From an uncultured Spirochaetaceae bacterium (GTDB lineage: Bacteria; Spirochaetota; Spirochaetia; DSM-27196; SLST01), in contig CAZICD010000002.1 of the NCBI GenBank assembly GCA_964537725.1, forward strand, positions 32,356 to 96,355: DNA of 64,000 nucleotides, given 5' to 3'. A program made the translations under genes and the position numbers. Shown piece by piece: positions 43,368 to 52,673 of this stretch. The stretch's first letter is position 1; the number at the start of each line of letters is the position of its first letter. Under the pieces are notes generated by a model that saw only the letters and a program-made list of their open reading frames with translations, did not search any database and was not told the origin of the DNA.

Positions 43368-44837
43368 CTACGCGGCGTCGTCGGAGTCTGCGCGCAGCTC
43401 TTCCTGATCGATCACTTCCTCGGAACGCCGGTCGATCTCGTAGATCACCCAGTCGTCACGGTCCCGGCGCAGCGACACGACGTCCACGATCCGCCTCCCG
43501 ATGAGGCCCACGCGGCCGGTGAGCTCCGCCTGCTCGTAGTCGGGCATCCAGCGCTCGTAACGCGCCTCGAATCGTCGCTCGCCTTCGGGAGCCTCGAGCG
43601 CCTCGAGCTCCAGGTTCGCCACGCCGTACGGCGACCTCCCTCCCGACAGCGCGGGCATCCCGGAGTCTCGCCACTGTTGCGCATCTACCAGTCCCGACTC
43701 CATCTCGTAGGCCATCCGCTGGCGGTCCATCACGAAGAGGTTCGTGACCTCTCGAATGAGCGGCTTGCCTGCGTCCTCGACGACCGCGTCTTCCATCGTC
43801 ATGTGGTCGAGGGAGTTGATGCTCGTGTAGAACGCGCGCACGACCTCGGCCGGCGGAAGACCCGCCGTGGCTCGCGGGGCGAGCGCGTTGCGCAGGATCG
43901 TCCCGGGAATCGTACCTACGATGATGACGACCACCGCGACGATGAGCGCCGTACGCCCGTGTTTGCGCACGCCTTCCTTCCTGCGGAAGCTCTTCTCGAG
44001 GCGCTCGATTGCCTGAGCGGCGGTCTGTTCGCGCCGTTTCCGCTCTTCGTCGCTGAGCGTCGTGCGTACGCCGGTCGCGCGCCACTCGTGGAGCGTTTGG
44101 ACCCAATCGGCGAGGGACATGCCCGGCTCGGCGGTCGTGAGCTCGGTCTGCAGCGTGGTCGATACCTCGTCGCGGATCGATACGTCGCGGTAGGAGGCGG
44201 GGACGGGTGAGGCGGCGCGGACGCGGGCGTGCAGCTCCTCTTCGTCGTCCGAGTCGAACGGATAGGAACCGGTGAAGATGTAGTAGGCCGCCGAGGCGAC
44301 GGCGAAGCTGAGGTTCTCCTCCGGTTTCCTGTCGGGGTGATTGAACCGTTCCATTCGGGCGATGCGTGCCGCGTAGTCCTGGTGCTCGCGGATCGCCTGC
44401 ATGATGTCCGGAGGCATGACGAGCACACCTCCTTCGTCGAGCAGGACGATCGTGCGGGTATGGAACGCGAACGAGGCTACGCCCTCCTGCTCGAGCGACG
44501 CGAGCGCGGCGGCGACGGTCTCGAGCGCGGCAAGGCGGTCGACCGAGTCGTCGTCGAGCACCTCCGCGAAGAACCGGCCGCGAACGAGCGGACCGTAGAC
44601 GTGGACCCGTCCTCCGTGCTCGACGAATCCGAGCGGCCGCCAGCGCTCCACGGCGCCGCCGCGGACGAGCCAGCCGGTCTGGCGCTGCTGGCCCGCGAGC
44701 TTGCGGAGGGTCGGGCTGTTCGAAGGGATGCCGGTGTCAACGCCGAGATACTCGTCTCCGGCGCGCGCGACGATGATGAGGCCGTCTGCAATGATCGACG
44801 ATTGTTCTTTCATCTTCTTCCGTCCGGGTAAGATCAC
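43368..44837 (-). CDS. Membrane protein with an N-terminal degenerate protein-kinase-like (pseudokinase) domain, one TM segment and a C-terminal extracytoplasmic domain
   Basis: A C-lobe-like segment NLSFAVASAAYYIFTGSYPF is present. The catalytic-loop position reads FHTRTIVLLDEGGVLVMPPDI, with no HRD, no DFG and no VAIK Lys. TM segment: TALIVAVVVIIVGTIPGTIL. Start is GTG 44837 (GTGA overlap with the AMMECR1 gene) or ATG 44813. Confidence 0.5.
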   Translation of the reverse strand: MILPGRKKMKEQSSIIADGLIIVARAGDEYLGVDTGIPSNSPTLRKLAGQQRQTGWLVRGGAVERWRPLGFVEHGGRVHVYGPLVRGRFFAEVLDDDSVDRLAALETVAAALASLEQEGVASFAFHTRTIVLLDEGGVLVMPPDIMQAIREHQDYAARIARMERFNHPDRKPEENLSFAVASAAYYIFTGSYPFDSDDEEELHARVRAASPVPASYRDVSIRDEVSTTLQTELTTAEPGMSLADWVQTLHEWRATGVRTTLSDEERKRREQTAAQAIERLEKSFRRKEGVRKHGRTALIVAVVVIIVGTIPGTILRNALAPRATAGLPPAEVVRAFYTSINSLDHMTMEDAVVEDAGKPLIREVTNLFVMDRQRMAYEMESGLVDAQQWRDSGMPALSGGRSPYGVANLELEALEAPEGERRFEARYERWMPDYEQAELTGRVGLIGRRIVDVVSLRRDRDDWVIYEIDRRSEEVIDQEELRADSDDAA

Positions 44838-45397
44838 ATGCGGAGGCTCGATTCGTCAAACACCTCGGCGGTGAAGATCCGGATCGTCGTGGCGGGGTCG
44901 CTCCAGGCTCCGGGCGGGAGACCCGCCTTGCGACACGTCTGCTCGAGGAAGGTGGTCCGGTCCCACTCGCGCTCGGCGGCGACCTGCGGAAGCAGCAGAC
45001 CCGAGCGTGGACCGCGTTCGAGCATGATGCCGTGCGTGCCGGCGACGATCAGGCGCGTGTCGGTGATCTCTTCGAGCTTCGAAAGGACCGATATTTCCAG
45101 CTCGATCATGCCCAACTCCTCCGCGGTGAGCGGCGGAAACCGCGGGTCACGGAACGCCGCGGAGTAGGCGGCGTCGCGCACCGTGTCGTAGAGCGGCCGC
45201 AGCGACTCGATGTGTCCGATGCAGCCGCGGAGGCTGCGCGTACCGCCTCGGACGAGGTGCAGCGTCACGAACGCGCCGCCCTCGATCTCGACCTCGGGAC
45301 TCCGCGGCGGATAGTCGGGTTCCGTTCCGGTCAGCTGCGAGACGACTCGTTCACGCGCTACGGTGAGGAGCGTCTGCCGGTCGATCGCTCTGAGCAT
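44834..45397 (-). CDS. AMMECR1-domain protein
   Basis: GAFVTLH...LRGCIGHIESLRPLYDTVRDAAYSAAFRDPRFPPL is the AMMECR1 core signature. Confidence 0.85.
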   Translation of the reverse strand: MLRAIDRQTLLTVARERVVSQLTGTEPDYPPRSPEVEIEGGAFVTLHLVRGGTRSLRGCIGHIESLRPLYDTVRDAAYSAAFRDPRFPPLTAEELGMIELEISVLSKLEEITDTRLIVAGTHGIMLERGPRSGLLLPQVAAEREWDRTTFLEQTCRKAGLPPGAWSDPATTIRIFTAEVFDESSLRM

Positions 45398-45427
45398 GGT
45401 TCATTATGGGCCCGGTCGGGCGACGTT

Positions 45428-46840
45428 TCAAGGTTCGTCACGGCCGAGCAGTCGGGATAACCGTTCCGGCTCTGCGACGACGTGCAGGTTCTTCTCCTGC
45501 GTGGGGAGCACGAGCCCCGGCGGGCCGTCCTTCGCGCGGCGAAGATACTTCACCTGCGTGTAGTAGAGATCCGCACGTCCGTTGGACTTTGCGCGACTGA
45601 AGTGGACCGCGAGGTTCCCCGCGTCGAGCAGGACGTCGAGCGGCACGCTCTTGCCCTTCTGCGCGCGCACGAAGACGTGCCCGCCGGGGAAGTCGCGCGT
45701 ATGGAGCCAGACGTCGTTGCCGCGGACGTGCCGTCTCAGCAGCGCGTCGTTCTCGCGCGCGTTGCGTCCCACGAGGATGCGGAAGCCGGAGCTCTCGAAC
45801 TGGAGACCCGGCGTTCCTTCGTCGGGCCCGGCGCCGCGCCGGCGGGGGGCGGCCTCCTCGACGATGCGCTCGAGCTCGGGCGTGGACCGCTCGTCGAGCG
45901 ACGCGAGCGTGGACTCCAGGTCTGCCAGCCGCGCGCGCAGGTTCTGCCGTTCCTCGTCGAGCGCCTCCTGTCGTCTGCGCGCCCTGGCGGCCCGGTCGAA
46001 GTACGACTGCGCGTTCTCCTGGGGCGTGAGCGCGGGGTCCAGGTCGATGCTGACGATCGTGTTGTCGTTCGTGTAGTCCTCCGCCTCGACGCGCGTCGCA
46101 CCGCCTTCGATGCGGTAGAGATTGCTCACGATGAGCTCGCCGAGCGTGCGCAGGCGATCGGGGTCGGTGCCGTCGTCGCGCCGCCCTGCGAGGCGGTCGA
46201 GCCGCTTCCGCGCGGCCGCCTCGCGTCCGGCGAGCGCCGAGCGCGCGCTTTCGATCGCCTTCGCGCGTCGTTCGGCCTGTTCGATCTCGTCGTAGTGCGC
46301 CCGGACGTGCGCGTCCACTTCGTTCTCCCAGCGGGGGGTGAACGAGTCGAGCTTCGGATCGCTCGACGGGTCGACGGGTTCGTCCTCCACGAAGTACGTC
46401 CGCCCGCTGATCTCGCCGCGGCCGGGCCGACGGAAGAACGCGTCGAGGATCTGACCGGATGCGTCGGTGACGATGCAGTTCGCGGCGCCGCCCCACAGCC
46501 GGATCCAGAGGATCGTACGCTCACCGGCGCGCTCGAGGTCGATTCGTACGATCCGGTCGGCGTTTACCTGCCGCGCGTCGGAGATGTGCGCGCCCTTGAC
46601 CCGCGCGTGGAGGAGCTGCGCGAACCGCTGGCGAACGCGCGGCTTCCGCGGCTTGTTTGGCGTCGAGTGGATCCGGGTCTTCCCGGTTTCGAGCGAGATC
46701 CGGACGAAGAACCGCCGGCCGGGACGGAAGATCTCCAGGTAGAGGTTTCGAAAGTCCGGTTGGATCACCTGCTGGACGAACGCCCCCGGCAGGCCCAGCT
46801 CGGAAACCACGGCGTCGATCTCACGCCAGTTGAGCGACAA
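45428..46840 (-). CDS. NFACT-family protein (RqcH / FbpA-like ribosome quality control factor)
   Basis: The NFACT-N domain keeps the conserved Asp-Arg pair (NADRIV, residues 95-96). A coiled-coil middle region follows. NFACT-R/DUF814: GFRILVGRNARENDALL...DVWLHTRDFPGGHVFV. TTG 46840 directly abuts the macro gene stop. Confidence 0.8.
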   Translation of the reverse strand: MSLNWREIDAVVSELGLPGAFVQQVIQPDFRNLYLEIFRPGRRFFVRISLETGKTRIHSTPNKPRKPRVRQRFAQLLHARVKGAHISDARQVNADRIVRIDLERAGERTILWIRLWGGAANCIVTDASGQILDAFFRRPGRGEISGRTYFVEDEPVDPSSDPKLDSFTPRWENEVDAHVRAHYDEIEQAERRAKAIESARSALAGREAAARKRLDRLAGRRDDGTDPDRLRTLGELIVSNLYRIEGGATRVEAEDYTNDNTIVSIDLDPALTPQENAQSYFDRAARARRRQEALDEERQNLRARLADLESTLASLDERSTPELERIVEEAAPRRRGAGPDEGTPGLQFESSGFRILVGRNARENDALLRRHVRGNDVWLHTRDFPGGHVFVRAQKGKSVPLDVLLDAGNLAVHFSRAKSNGRADLYYTQVKYLRRAKDGPPGLVLPTQEKNLHVVAEPERLSRLLGRDEP

Positions 46841-47386
46841 TCAGCCCACCGCCTCTATAAAGGTCCGCGCGTCCGCGTCGCTGAAGAAGACGAGCCAGAC
46901 CTCGCGCGGCACCTCGTGCGCCGCGAGGTAGTCGCGCACCGCCGTCGAGGCGATACTCGCGGCGCGGTCGGCGGGGAACCGGTAGACGCCGGTACTGATC
47001 GCCGGGAAGGCGACCCGCTGTGCGCCGAGATCGGTCGCCACGGCGAGACTCTCGAGGTAGGCGGATTCGAGCAGCTCCTCCTCGCCGTCCGAGCCGCCGT
47101 GCCAGATGGGACCTACCGTGTGGATGACGTGCTCGGCCTTCATGCGACCCGCGGTCGTGGCGACGGCCTTCCCGGGGGGGAGGCCGTCCGGGTAGTCGCG
47201 CTCGCGGATGCGGCGGCACGCTTCGAGGATGTCGGGGCCACCGGCCGAATGGATCGCCCCGTCGACGCCGCCGCCGCCGAGGAGCGAGGAGTTGGCGGCG
47301 TTCACGACGGCCTCTCCGTCGAAGGTCGTGATGTCGCCGACGGCGACCACGAGCCTCTCGTTTTCGTAGCGTCGGATTTCCTTCAT
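46841..47386 (-). CDS. Macro-domain protein (O-acetyl-ADP-ribose deacetylase, YmdB/MacroD-like)
   Basis: VAVGDITTFDGEAVVNAANSSLLGGGGVDGAIH and AFPAISTGVYRFP are the canonical macro-domain motifs. Confidence 0.9.
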   Translation of the reverse strand: MKEIRRYENERLVVAVGDITTFDGEAVVNAANSSLLGGGGVDGAIHSAGGPDILEACRRIRERDYPDGLPPGKAVATTAGRMKAEHVIHTVGPIWHGGSDGEEELLESAYLESLAVATDLGAQRVAFPAISTGVYRFPADRAASIASTAVRDYLAAHEVPREVWLVFFSDADARTFIEAVG

Positions 47387-48711
47387 GGCATCCCTCGGTG
47401 GTCGAACGTCCGAAGTATCGCTCGGGCTTCACCTACAAGATAGAAACTGCCGCACACAACGATAAGGCCCGCCGGTTCGCGGGTGGCCTCCTCGAGCGCC
47501 TCCTCCGCGGTCTCGGTCACCCGGCACGCGGCACCCGTGGCACGGCAGGCCGCGGCGAGCGCGTCCAGGTCGCTCGCCTTGAACGTGCCGGGTCGCGTCA
47601 CGACGATACGCGGGAAGCTCGCCGCGAGGAGCGAGAGCATCGCACCGTGGTCCTTGCCGCGTACCGACCCGAAGATCGCCACGCGCCGAGACCGGTCCGG
47701 CTCCAGGTCGGCGGCCGTCGCGCAGAGCAGTTCGATCGACGCCGGCGTGTGCGCGCCGTCGAGCAGGACCGGCGGGCTGCCCGCCACGACCTCCGACCTG
47801 CCGGGTATCCAGGCGGCTTCGAGACCGCGGGCGATCGTCGCGTCGGGGATCGCCGGGAAGAGCGTCGTGACGACGAGCGCCGCGAGCGCCGCGTTGTCGC
47901 CCTGGACGCGTCCGGCGAGCCGCAGGCGCGCGCGGATTGCCCGCTGCGGCGGCAGCTCGCACTCGACGACCGTGCGCGCGCGCTCGCGCGTGACCCGTAG
48001 GTCAGCGGCGCTCTCGACGAGCGTTGCGACGGGGGCACCCCGAAGCCGGGCGATCCGCCTCAGCGTCGTCTCCGCTTCGTCGCGCTGGCGGCCGAGGAAC
48101 ACCGGGCTGCCGGCCCTGATCACACCGCCCTTCTCGCCGGCGATCTGTCGGAGGGTCGTGCCCAGGTATTCGGTGTGCTCGAGCTCGATCGGCGTAATGA
48201 CCGAGGCGATGGGCGCGACCACGTTGGTCGCGTCGATGCGACCGCCCATGCCTACTTCCACGACCGCGACGTCGCACGCGGTGCGGCGGAACGCGAGAAA
48301 CCCGAAGAGCGTCAGCAGCTCGAAGGTCGTGGGAAGCTCGGCGGCGGGGACGAGCTCGCGCTGCGCGTCGACATCCCGCTCGATCCGGCGGAAGAGCGAG
48401 ACCGCGACCTCGTCGGTGAGGCTGCCGTCGAGCACGCGAACACGCTCGCGGTAGCTCTCCACGTGCGGGGAGGAGAACACCCCGCAGCGCATCCCCGCAG
48501 CGTCGAGGACCGCGGCGATGAACGCGGAGGTCGAGCCCTTGCCCTTGGACCCGGTGACGTGGATCACCGGGGTCGCTCGGTGCGGGTCTCCGTAGCGGGC
48601 GAGGAGCCCGCGCATCCGCTGCAAACGGTGCGCGCGCGGCCGGTAGCCTCCGCGGTCGATCGCGAGGAACGACTCGAACCAGCGGTAGCCGTCTTCAACG
48701 GTGTCGATCAT
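47383..48711 (-). CDS. folC: Folylpolyglutamate synthase / dihydrofolate synthase
   Basis: P-loop HVTGSKGKGST and a Mur-ligase-like architecture are present. The stop overlaps the macro gene start (ATGA). Confidence 0.85.
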   Translation of the reverse strand: MIDTVEDGYRWFESFLAIDRGGYRPRAHRLQRMRGLLARYGDPHRATPVIHVTGSKGKGSTSAFIAAVLDAAGMRCGVFSSPHVESYRERVRVLDGSLTDEVAVSLFRRIERDVDAQRELVPAAELPTTFELLTLFGFLAFRRTACDVAVVEVGMGGRIDATNVVAPIASVITPIELEHTEYLGTTLRQIAGEKGGVIRAGSPVFLGRQRDEAETTLRRIARLRGAPVATLVESAADLRVTRERARTVVECELPPQRAIRARLRLAGRVQGDNAALAALVVTTLFPAIPDATIARGLEAAWIPGRSEVVAGSPPVLLDGAHTPASIELLCATAADLEPDRSRRVAIFGSVRGKDHGAMLSLLAASFPRIVVTRPGTFKASDLDALAAACRATGAACRVTETAEEALEEATREPAGLIVVCGSFYLVGEARAILRTFDHRGMP

Positions 48712-50026
48712 GGGCAGGCCCGGACGCGTCGCCGGGGCGCTCGCTCAGCGCGCGCGCGTGCCAGTGAAAGCCCTCGTACTCGGCGAGCACGGCGACGTGC
48801 CGGGCGATCTCGTCGTAGGCGCCCGGCGAGACCTCGACCACGCTCGTCCGCTTGACGAAATCGGCAACCGATACGCCCGACCAGGTACGCGCGTACCCGC
48901 CGGTGGGCAGCACCGCGTTCGCGCCGGCGGCGTAGTTGGCCAGGCTGAAGGCCGAATGGGCGCCGAGCAGGATCTCGCCGGCGTTGCGCACGCGGCTCGC
49001 CGTATCCCAGGGCGCGGCCGTGCGGATCTGGAGGTGCTCGGGCGCGAAGGCGTTCACGACGTCCACGGCTTCGTCGAGCGAGGCGGTTACGAGAACACCG
49101 CCGTAGCCGGAGAACACGTCGCGCAGGAAGCCCCCTCGGGGCTCGGGCGTAGCGTCGATGTGGGCGGCCGCGAGGCGCGCAACCTCGTCGGCGAGATCAA
49201 CGTCGGGGGTCACGAGCAGCGCCTGCGAGTCCGATCCGTGCTCGGCCTCGATGAGAAGGTCCACCGCCACCCGCTCGGCATCCGCGCCGGCGTCGGCGAG
49301 GATGATCGACTCGGAGGGGCCCGCGGGCAGGCCCACGTCGACGCGGTCGCGCAGGAGCCGCTTGGCCGCCGCGACGTACGCGCTTCCCGGACCGACGATC
49401 TTGCTCACCCTCGCGACGCTCTGCGTTCCCGTCGCGAGCGCCGCGATCGCCTGGACGCCGCCGACGCGGTAGACGGTGTGCACGCCGCATCTGCGCGCGG
49501 CGTAGAGGCACGCGGCGTCCACCTCACCGGCGGCGTCCGGCGGCGTTGCCACCGCTATCTTCGGGACGCCGGCGAGACTCGCCGGCACGGCGAGCATGTA
49601 GAGCATGGAGGGGAAGCTGCCGCGTCCGCGCGGGACGTAGAGGCCCACCGAGTCGATCGGCGTCGACCGCTCGCCGGCGAGCAGACCGGGGCGGACCTGC
49701 GTGAGCTCGAGATCGTGCGGGAGTTGACCGCGGTGGACGGCGCGAACGTTCGCGATCGCGTAGTCGAGCGCCTCGCGCACTTCCGGGGCGAGCGATCGCT
49801 CGGCCTCGTCGAACGCGTCCGCGGGTACGACGATGTCGAGGTCGGCCGGCGCGCCGTCGAGCCTGGCCGTGTGCTCCTTCACCGCCTCGTCGCCGCGCTG
49901 AACCACCGAGTCGATGATCTTCTGCGCCACCGGCAGCAGATCGTCCACGTTCTGCTCGGAGCGCGACAGAACCCGGGAGCGTTCGTCCTGCGAGAGATCG
50001 GCCCATTGGCGAACGGGTATCGTCAT
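48695..50026 (-). CDS. hisD: Histidinol dehydrogenase
   Basis: Full-length match to the HisD pattern (IVGPGSAYVAAAK, LIEAEHGSDSQALLVT, ANYAAGANAVLPTGG). No other his gene is nearby. A candidate TTGACC-N17-TAGCGT promoter lies on the minus strand (50033-50061), 6 nt before the ATG. Confidence 0.9.
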   Translation of the reverse strand: MTIPVRQWADLSQDERSRVLSRSEQNVDDLLPVAQKIIDSVVQRGDEAVKEHTARLDGAPADLDIVVPADAFDEAERSLAPEVREALDYAIANVRAVHRGQLPHDLELTQVRPGLLAGERSTPIDSVGLYVPRGRGSFPSMLYMLAVPASLAGVPKIAVATPPDAAGEVDAACLYAARRCGVHTVYRVGGVQAIAALATGTQSVARVSKIVGPGSAYVAAAKRLLRDRVDVGLPAGPSESIILADAGADAERVAVDLLIEAEHGSDSQALLVTPDVDLADEVARLAAAHIDATPEPRGGFLRDVFSGYGGVLVTASLDEAVDVVNAFAPEHLQIRTAAPWDTASRVRNAGEILLGAHSAFSLANYAAGANAVLPTGGYARTWSGVSVADFVKRTSVVEVSPGAYDEIARHVAVLAEYEGFHWHARALSERPGDASGPAHDRHR

Positions 50027-50067
50027 CGGGATACGCTACCCTCTCTCTTGCCGGCGGTCAATGCGCC

Positions 50068-50096
50068 TTGCCGAAAGCGAGCCGTTCGAGTAGCAT
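50068..50096 (+). promoter_or_regulatory. Candidate sigma70-type promoter for fabV
   Basis: TTGCCG-N17-TAGCAT, followed by a leader carrying GGAGGA (50113-50118) before ATG 50124. Confidence 0.35.
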
Positions 50097-50123
50097 TTCG
50101 CTCACCAATCCCCGGAGGACATC

Positions 50124-51293
50124 ATGATTATCAAGCCGATGATACGGAACAATATCTGCATGAACGCGCACCCTGAGGGTCTCGCCGTCGAAGCACAGGG
50201 GCAGATCGACTACGTGAAGAATCGGGACACGATCGACGGGCCGAAGCGGGTGCTCGTCATCGGCGGGTCCGCCGGCTACGGGTTCGCCTCGCGCATCGTC
50301 TCCGCGTACGCGTGCGGCGCCTCGACGATCAACGTCGCCTTCGAGCGGCCGGCCTCCGGGAAGCGGACCGCGACGGTGGGATGGTACAACACCGAGTACT
50401 TCGAGGATCGCGCGAAGCACGACGACCTCGACGTCGCGACGATCTACGGCGACGCGTTCAGCGACGAGATCAAGGACGAGACGGTGAAGCTGATCCGCGA
50501 GAAGTGGGGCGGCGGGGTGGACCTCGTCGTCTACAGCCTCGCCGCGCCCATGCGCACCGACCCGAAGAGCGGCGAGACCTATCGGTCGGTGCTCAAGCCG
50601 GTGGGCGAGCCGTTCACCGCGCGCACGATCGACACGATGACCGGTCAGTTCAAGACGGTGACCGCCGAGCCGGCGACCGAGGAGGAGATCCACGCCACGG
50701 TGAAGGTCATGGGCGGCGAGGACTGGGAGATGTGGATCGATCGGCTTCTCGAGGCGGGGCTCCTCGCCGACGGCGTGAAGACCGTCGCGTACAGCTACAT
50801 CGGACCCGAGCTGATCGCGCGGGTCTACCGCGAGGGGTCGATCGGCAAGGCGAAGGAACACCTCGAGGCGACCTCGAAGGGGCTGAACGCCAAGCTCGCG
50901 GGCATCGCCGGGTCGGCGTTCGTATCGGTGAACAAGGCGGTCGTCACCCGCGCGAGCTCGGTGATTCCGGTGGTGCCGCTCTACGGCGTCATCCTCTTCC
51001 GCGTGATGAAGGAGATGGGGCTGCACGAGGGGCCGATCGAGCAGATCTACCGGCTCTTCGCCGAGCGGCTCTACGCCGGCGACACGGTTCCGGTCGACGA
51101 GGAGGGGCGCATCCGCATCGACGACTGGGAGATGCGCGACGACGTGCAGAAGCGCGTGCGAGAGATCTTCGACACCGTCGACGAGGAGAATCTGCGCGAG
51201 ATGACCGACCTCGACGCGTACCACAACGCGTTCCTGCGGATCCACGGCTTCGGCGTCGACGGGGTCGACTACGAGGCGGACGTCGAGCCGTAG
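50124..51293 (+). CDS. fabV: Trans-2-enoyl-CoA/ACP reductase (NADH), FabV/TER type
   Basis: MIIKPMIRNNICMNAHPEG...VLVIGGSAGYGFASRI...YSLAAPMRTDP...VKVMGGEDWE...AYSYIGPE...GKAKEHLE. This is collinear with my recollection of the Treponema denticola TER sequence. Confidence 0.9.
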   Translation: MIIKPMIRNNICMNAHPEGLAVEAQGQIDYVKNRDTIDGPKRVLVIGGSAGYGFASRIVSAYACGASTINVAFERPASGKRTATVGWYNTEYFEDRAKHDDLDVATIYGDAFSDEIKDETVKLIREKWGGGVDLVVYSLAAPMRTDPKSGETYRSVLKPVGEPFTARTIDTMTGQFKTVTAEPATEEEIHATVKVMGGEDWEMWIDRLLEAGLLADGVKTVAYSYIGPELIARVYREGSIGKAKEHLEATSKGLNAKLAGIAGSAFVSVNKAVVTRASSVIPVVPLYGVILFRVMKEMGLHEGPIEQIYRLFAERLYAGDTVPVDEEGRIRIDDWEMRDDVQKRVREIFDTVDEENLREMTDLDAYHNAFLRIHGFGVDGVDYEADVEP

Positions 51294-51361
51294 CCGGCGA
51301 GCGGCGGGATGACAGCGAAATCCGCATTCGCTAAGATGAACGAAACTCAGGAGGACACCAC

Positions 51362-52669
51362 GTGAACCACTTCCCCGACATCCCAAAGATCCCCTTCGAA
51401 GGCCCGGACTCGAGGAACCCCCTCGCGTTCAAGTACTTCAATCCGGACGAGCGCGTCGGCGACCGGACGATGCGCGAGCACCTCCCGTTCTCGATCGCCT
51501 ACTGGCATACCATGAACGGCCGCATGGCCGACCCCTTCGGCGTCGGAACGGCGATCAGGCCGTGGGACGAGATCACCGACCCGATGGACCAGGCGAAGGC
51601 GCGGATGGACGCGCTCTTCGAGATCCTCGAGAAGCTCGGCGTGCGCTACTTCTGCTTCCACGACCGGGACATCGCGCCGGAAGGCGAGACGCTCGCCGAG
51701 ACGAACAGGAACCTCGACGCGATCGTCGAGCACACGAAGAAGCTCGTCGACAACTCGAACGTCTCGCTCCTGTGGGGCACCGCGTGCCTGTTCACCAATC
51801 CCCGGTTCGTGCACGGCGCGTCGACGAGCTGCAACGCCGACGTCTTCGCGTATTCGGCGGCGCAGGTGAAGAAGGCGATCGAGGTCACCCAGTACCTCGG
51901 CGGGACCAACTACGTCTTCTGGGGCGGCCGGGAAGGCTACGAGACGCTGCTGAACACCGACATGGGTCTCGAGCTCGACAACATGGGCCGATTCATGCAG
52001 ATGGCCGTCGACTACGCGAAGGAGATCGGCTTCACGGGACAGTTCCTGATCGAGCCCAAGCCCATGGAGCCGACGAAGCACCAGTACGACAGCGACGTCG
52101 CCGCGTGCCACGCCTTCCTCCAGAAGTACGACCTCGTCGACCACTTCAAGATGAACGTCGAGCAGAACCACGCGGTCCTCGCGGGCCACACCTTCGCGCA
52201 CGAACTGCGCTACGCGCGGGTGAACAACATGCTCGGCAGCATGGACGTGAACCAGGGTGACTACCTCCTCGGCTGGGACACCGACCAGATGCCCACCGAT
52301 CCGACCGAGGCGATGCTCGCGATGTACGAGGTGCTCGCGCAGGGCGGAATCGCGCCGGGCGGGATGAACTTCGACGCGCACCTGCGGCGCGGTTCGTTCG
52401 AGCCGTCGGACATCTTCATCGGTCACATCGCCGGCATGGACGCCTACGCGCGCGGGCTGAAGGCGGCGCACGCGCTGCACGAGAGCGGCGAGCTCGAAGA
52501 GTTCATCGCGAAGCGCTACTCGAGCTACTCGTCGGGTATCGGGAAGAAGATCGTCGACGGGCAGGTCGGCTTCAAGGAGCTCGAGCAGTACACGCTCGAG
52601 AACCCGGTCATCACGAACTCGTCGGGCCGGCAGGAGATGCTCGAAGGCATTCTGAACCGGTACCTGTAG
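51362..52669 (+). CDS. xylA: Xylose isomerase
   Basis: [42 protein letters not shown] and WDTDQ are the XylA class II signature regions. GTG start is preceded by AGGAGGA. Confidence 0.9.
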   Translation: MNHFPDIPKIPFEGPDSRNPLAFKYFNPDERVGDRTMREHLPFSIAYWHTMNGRMADPFGVGTAIRPWDEITDPMDQAKARMDALFEILEKLGVRYFCFHDRDIAPEGETLAETNRNLDAIVEHTKKLVDNSNVSLLWGTACLFTNPRFVHGASTSCNADVFAYSAAQVKKAIEVTQYLGGTNYVFWGGREGYETLLNTDMGLELDNMGRFMQMAVDYAKEIGFTGQFLIEPKPMEPTKHQYDSDVAACHAFLQKYDLVDHFKMNVEQNHAVLAGHTFAHELRYARVNNMLGSMDVNQGDYLLGWDTDQMPTDPTEAMLAMYEVLAQGGIAPGGMNFDAHLRRGSFEPSDIFIGHIAGMDAYARGLKAAHALHESGELEEFIAKRYSSYSSGIGKKIVDGQVGFKELEQYTLENPVITNSSGRQEMLEGILNRYL

Positions 52670-52673
52670 CGTC

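Noticed and set aside
45438-47443. 653-aa plus-strand ORF (45482-47443) and 352-aa minus-strand off-frame ORF (45438-46496) over the NFACT and macro genes
   Set aside because: The NFACT and macro frames have clear domain signatures, and these alternatives are shadow ORFs.
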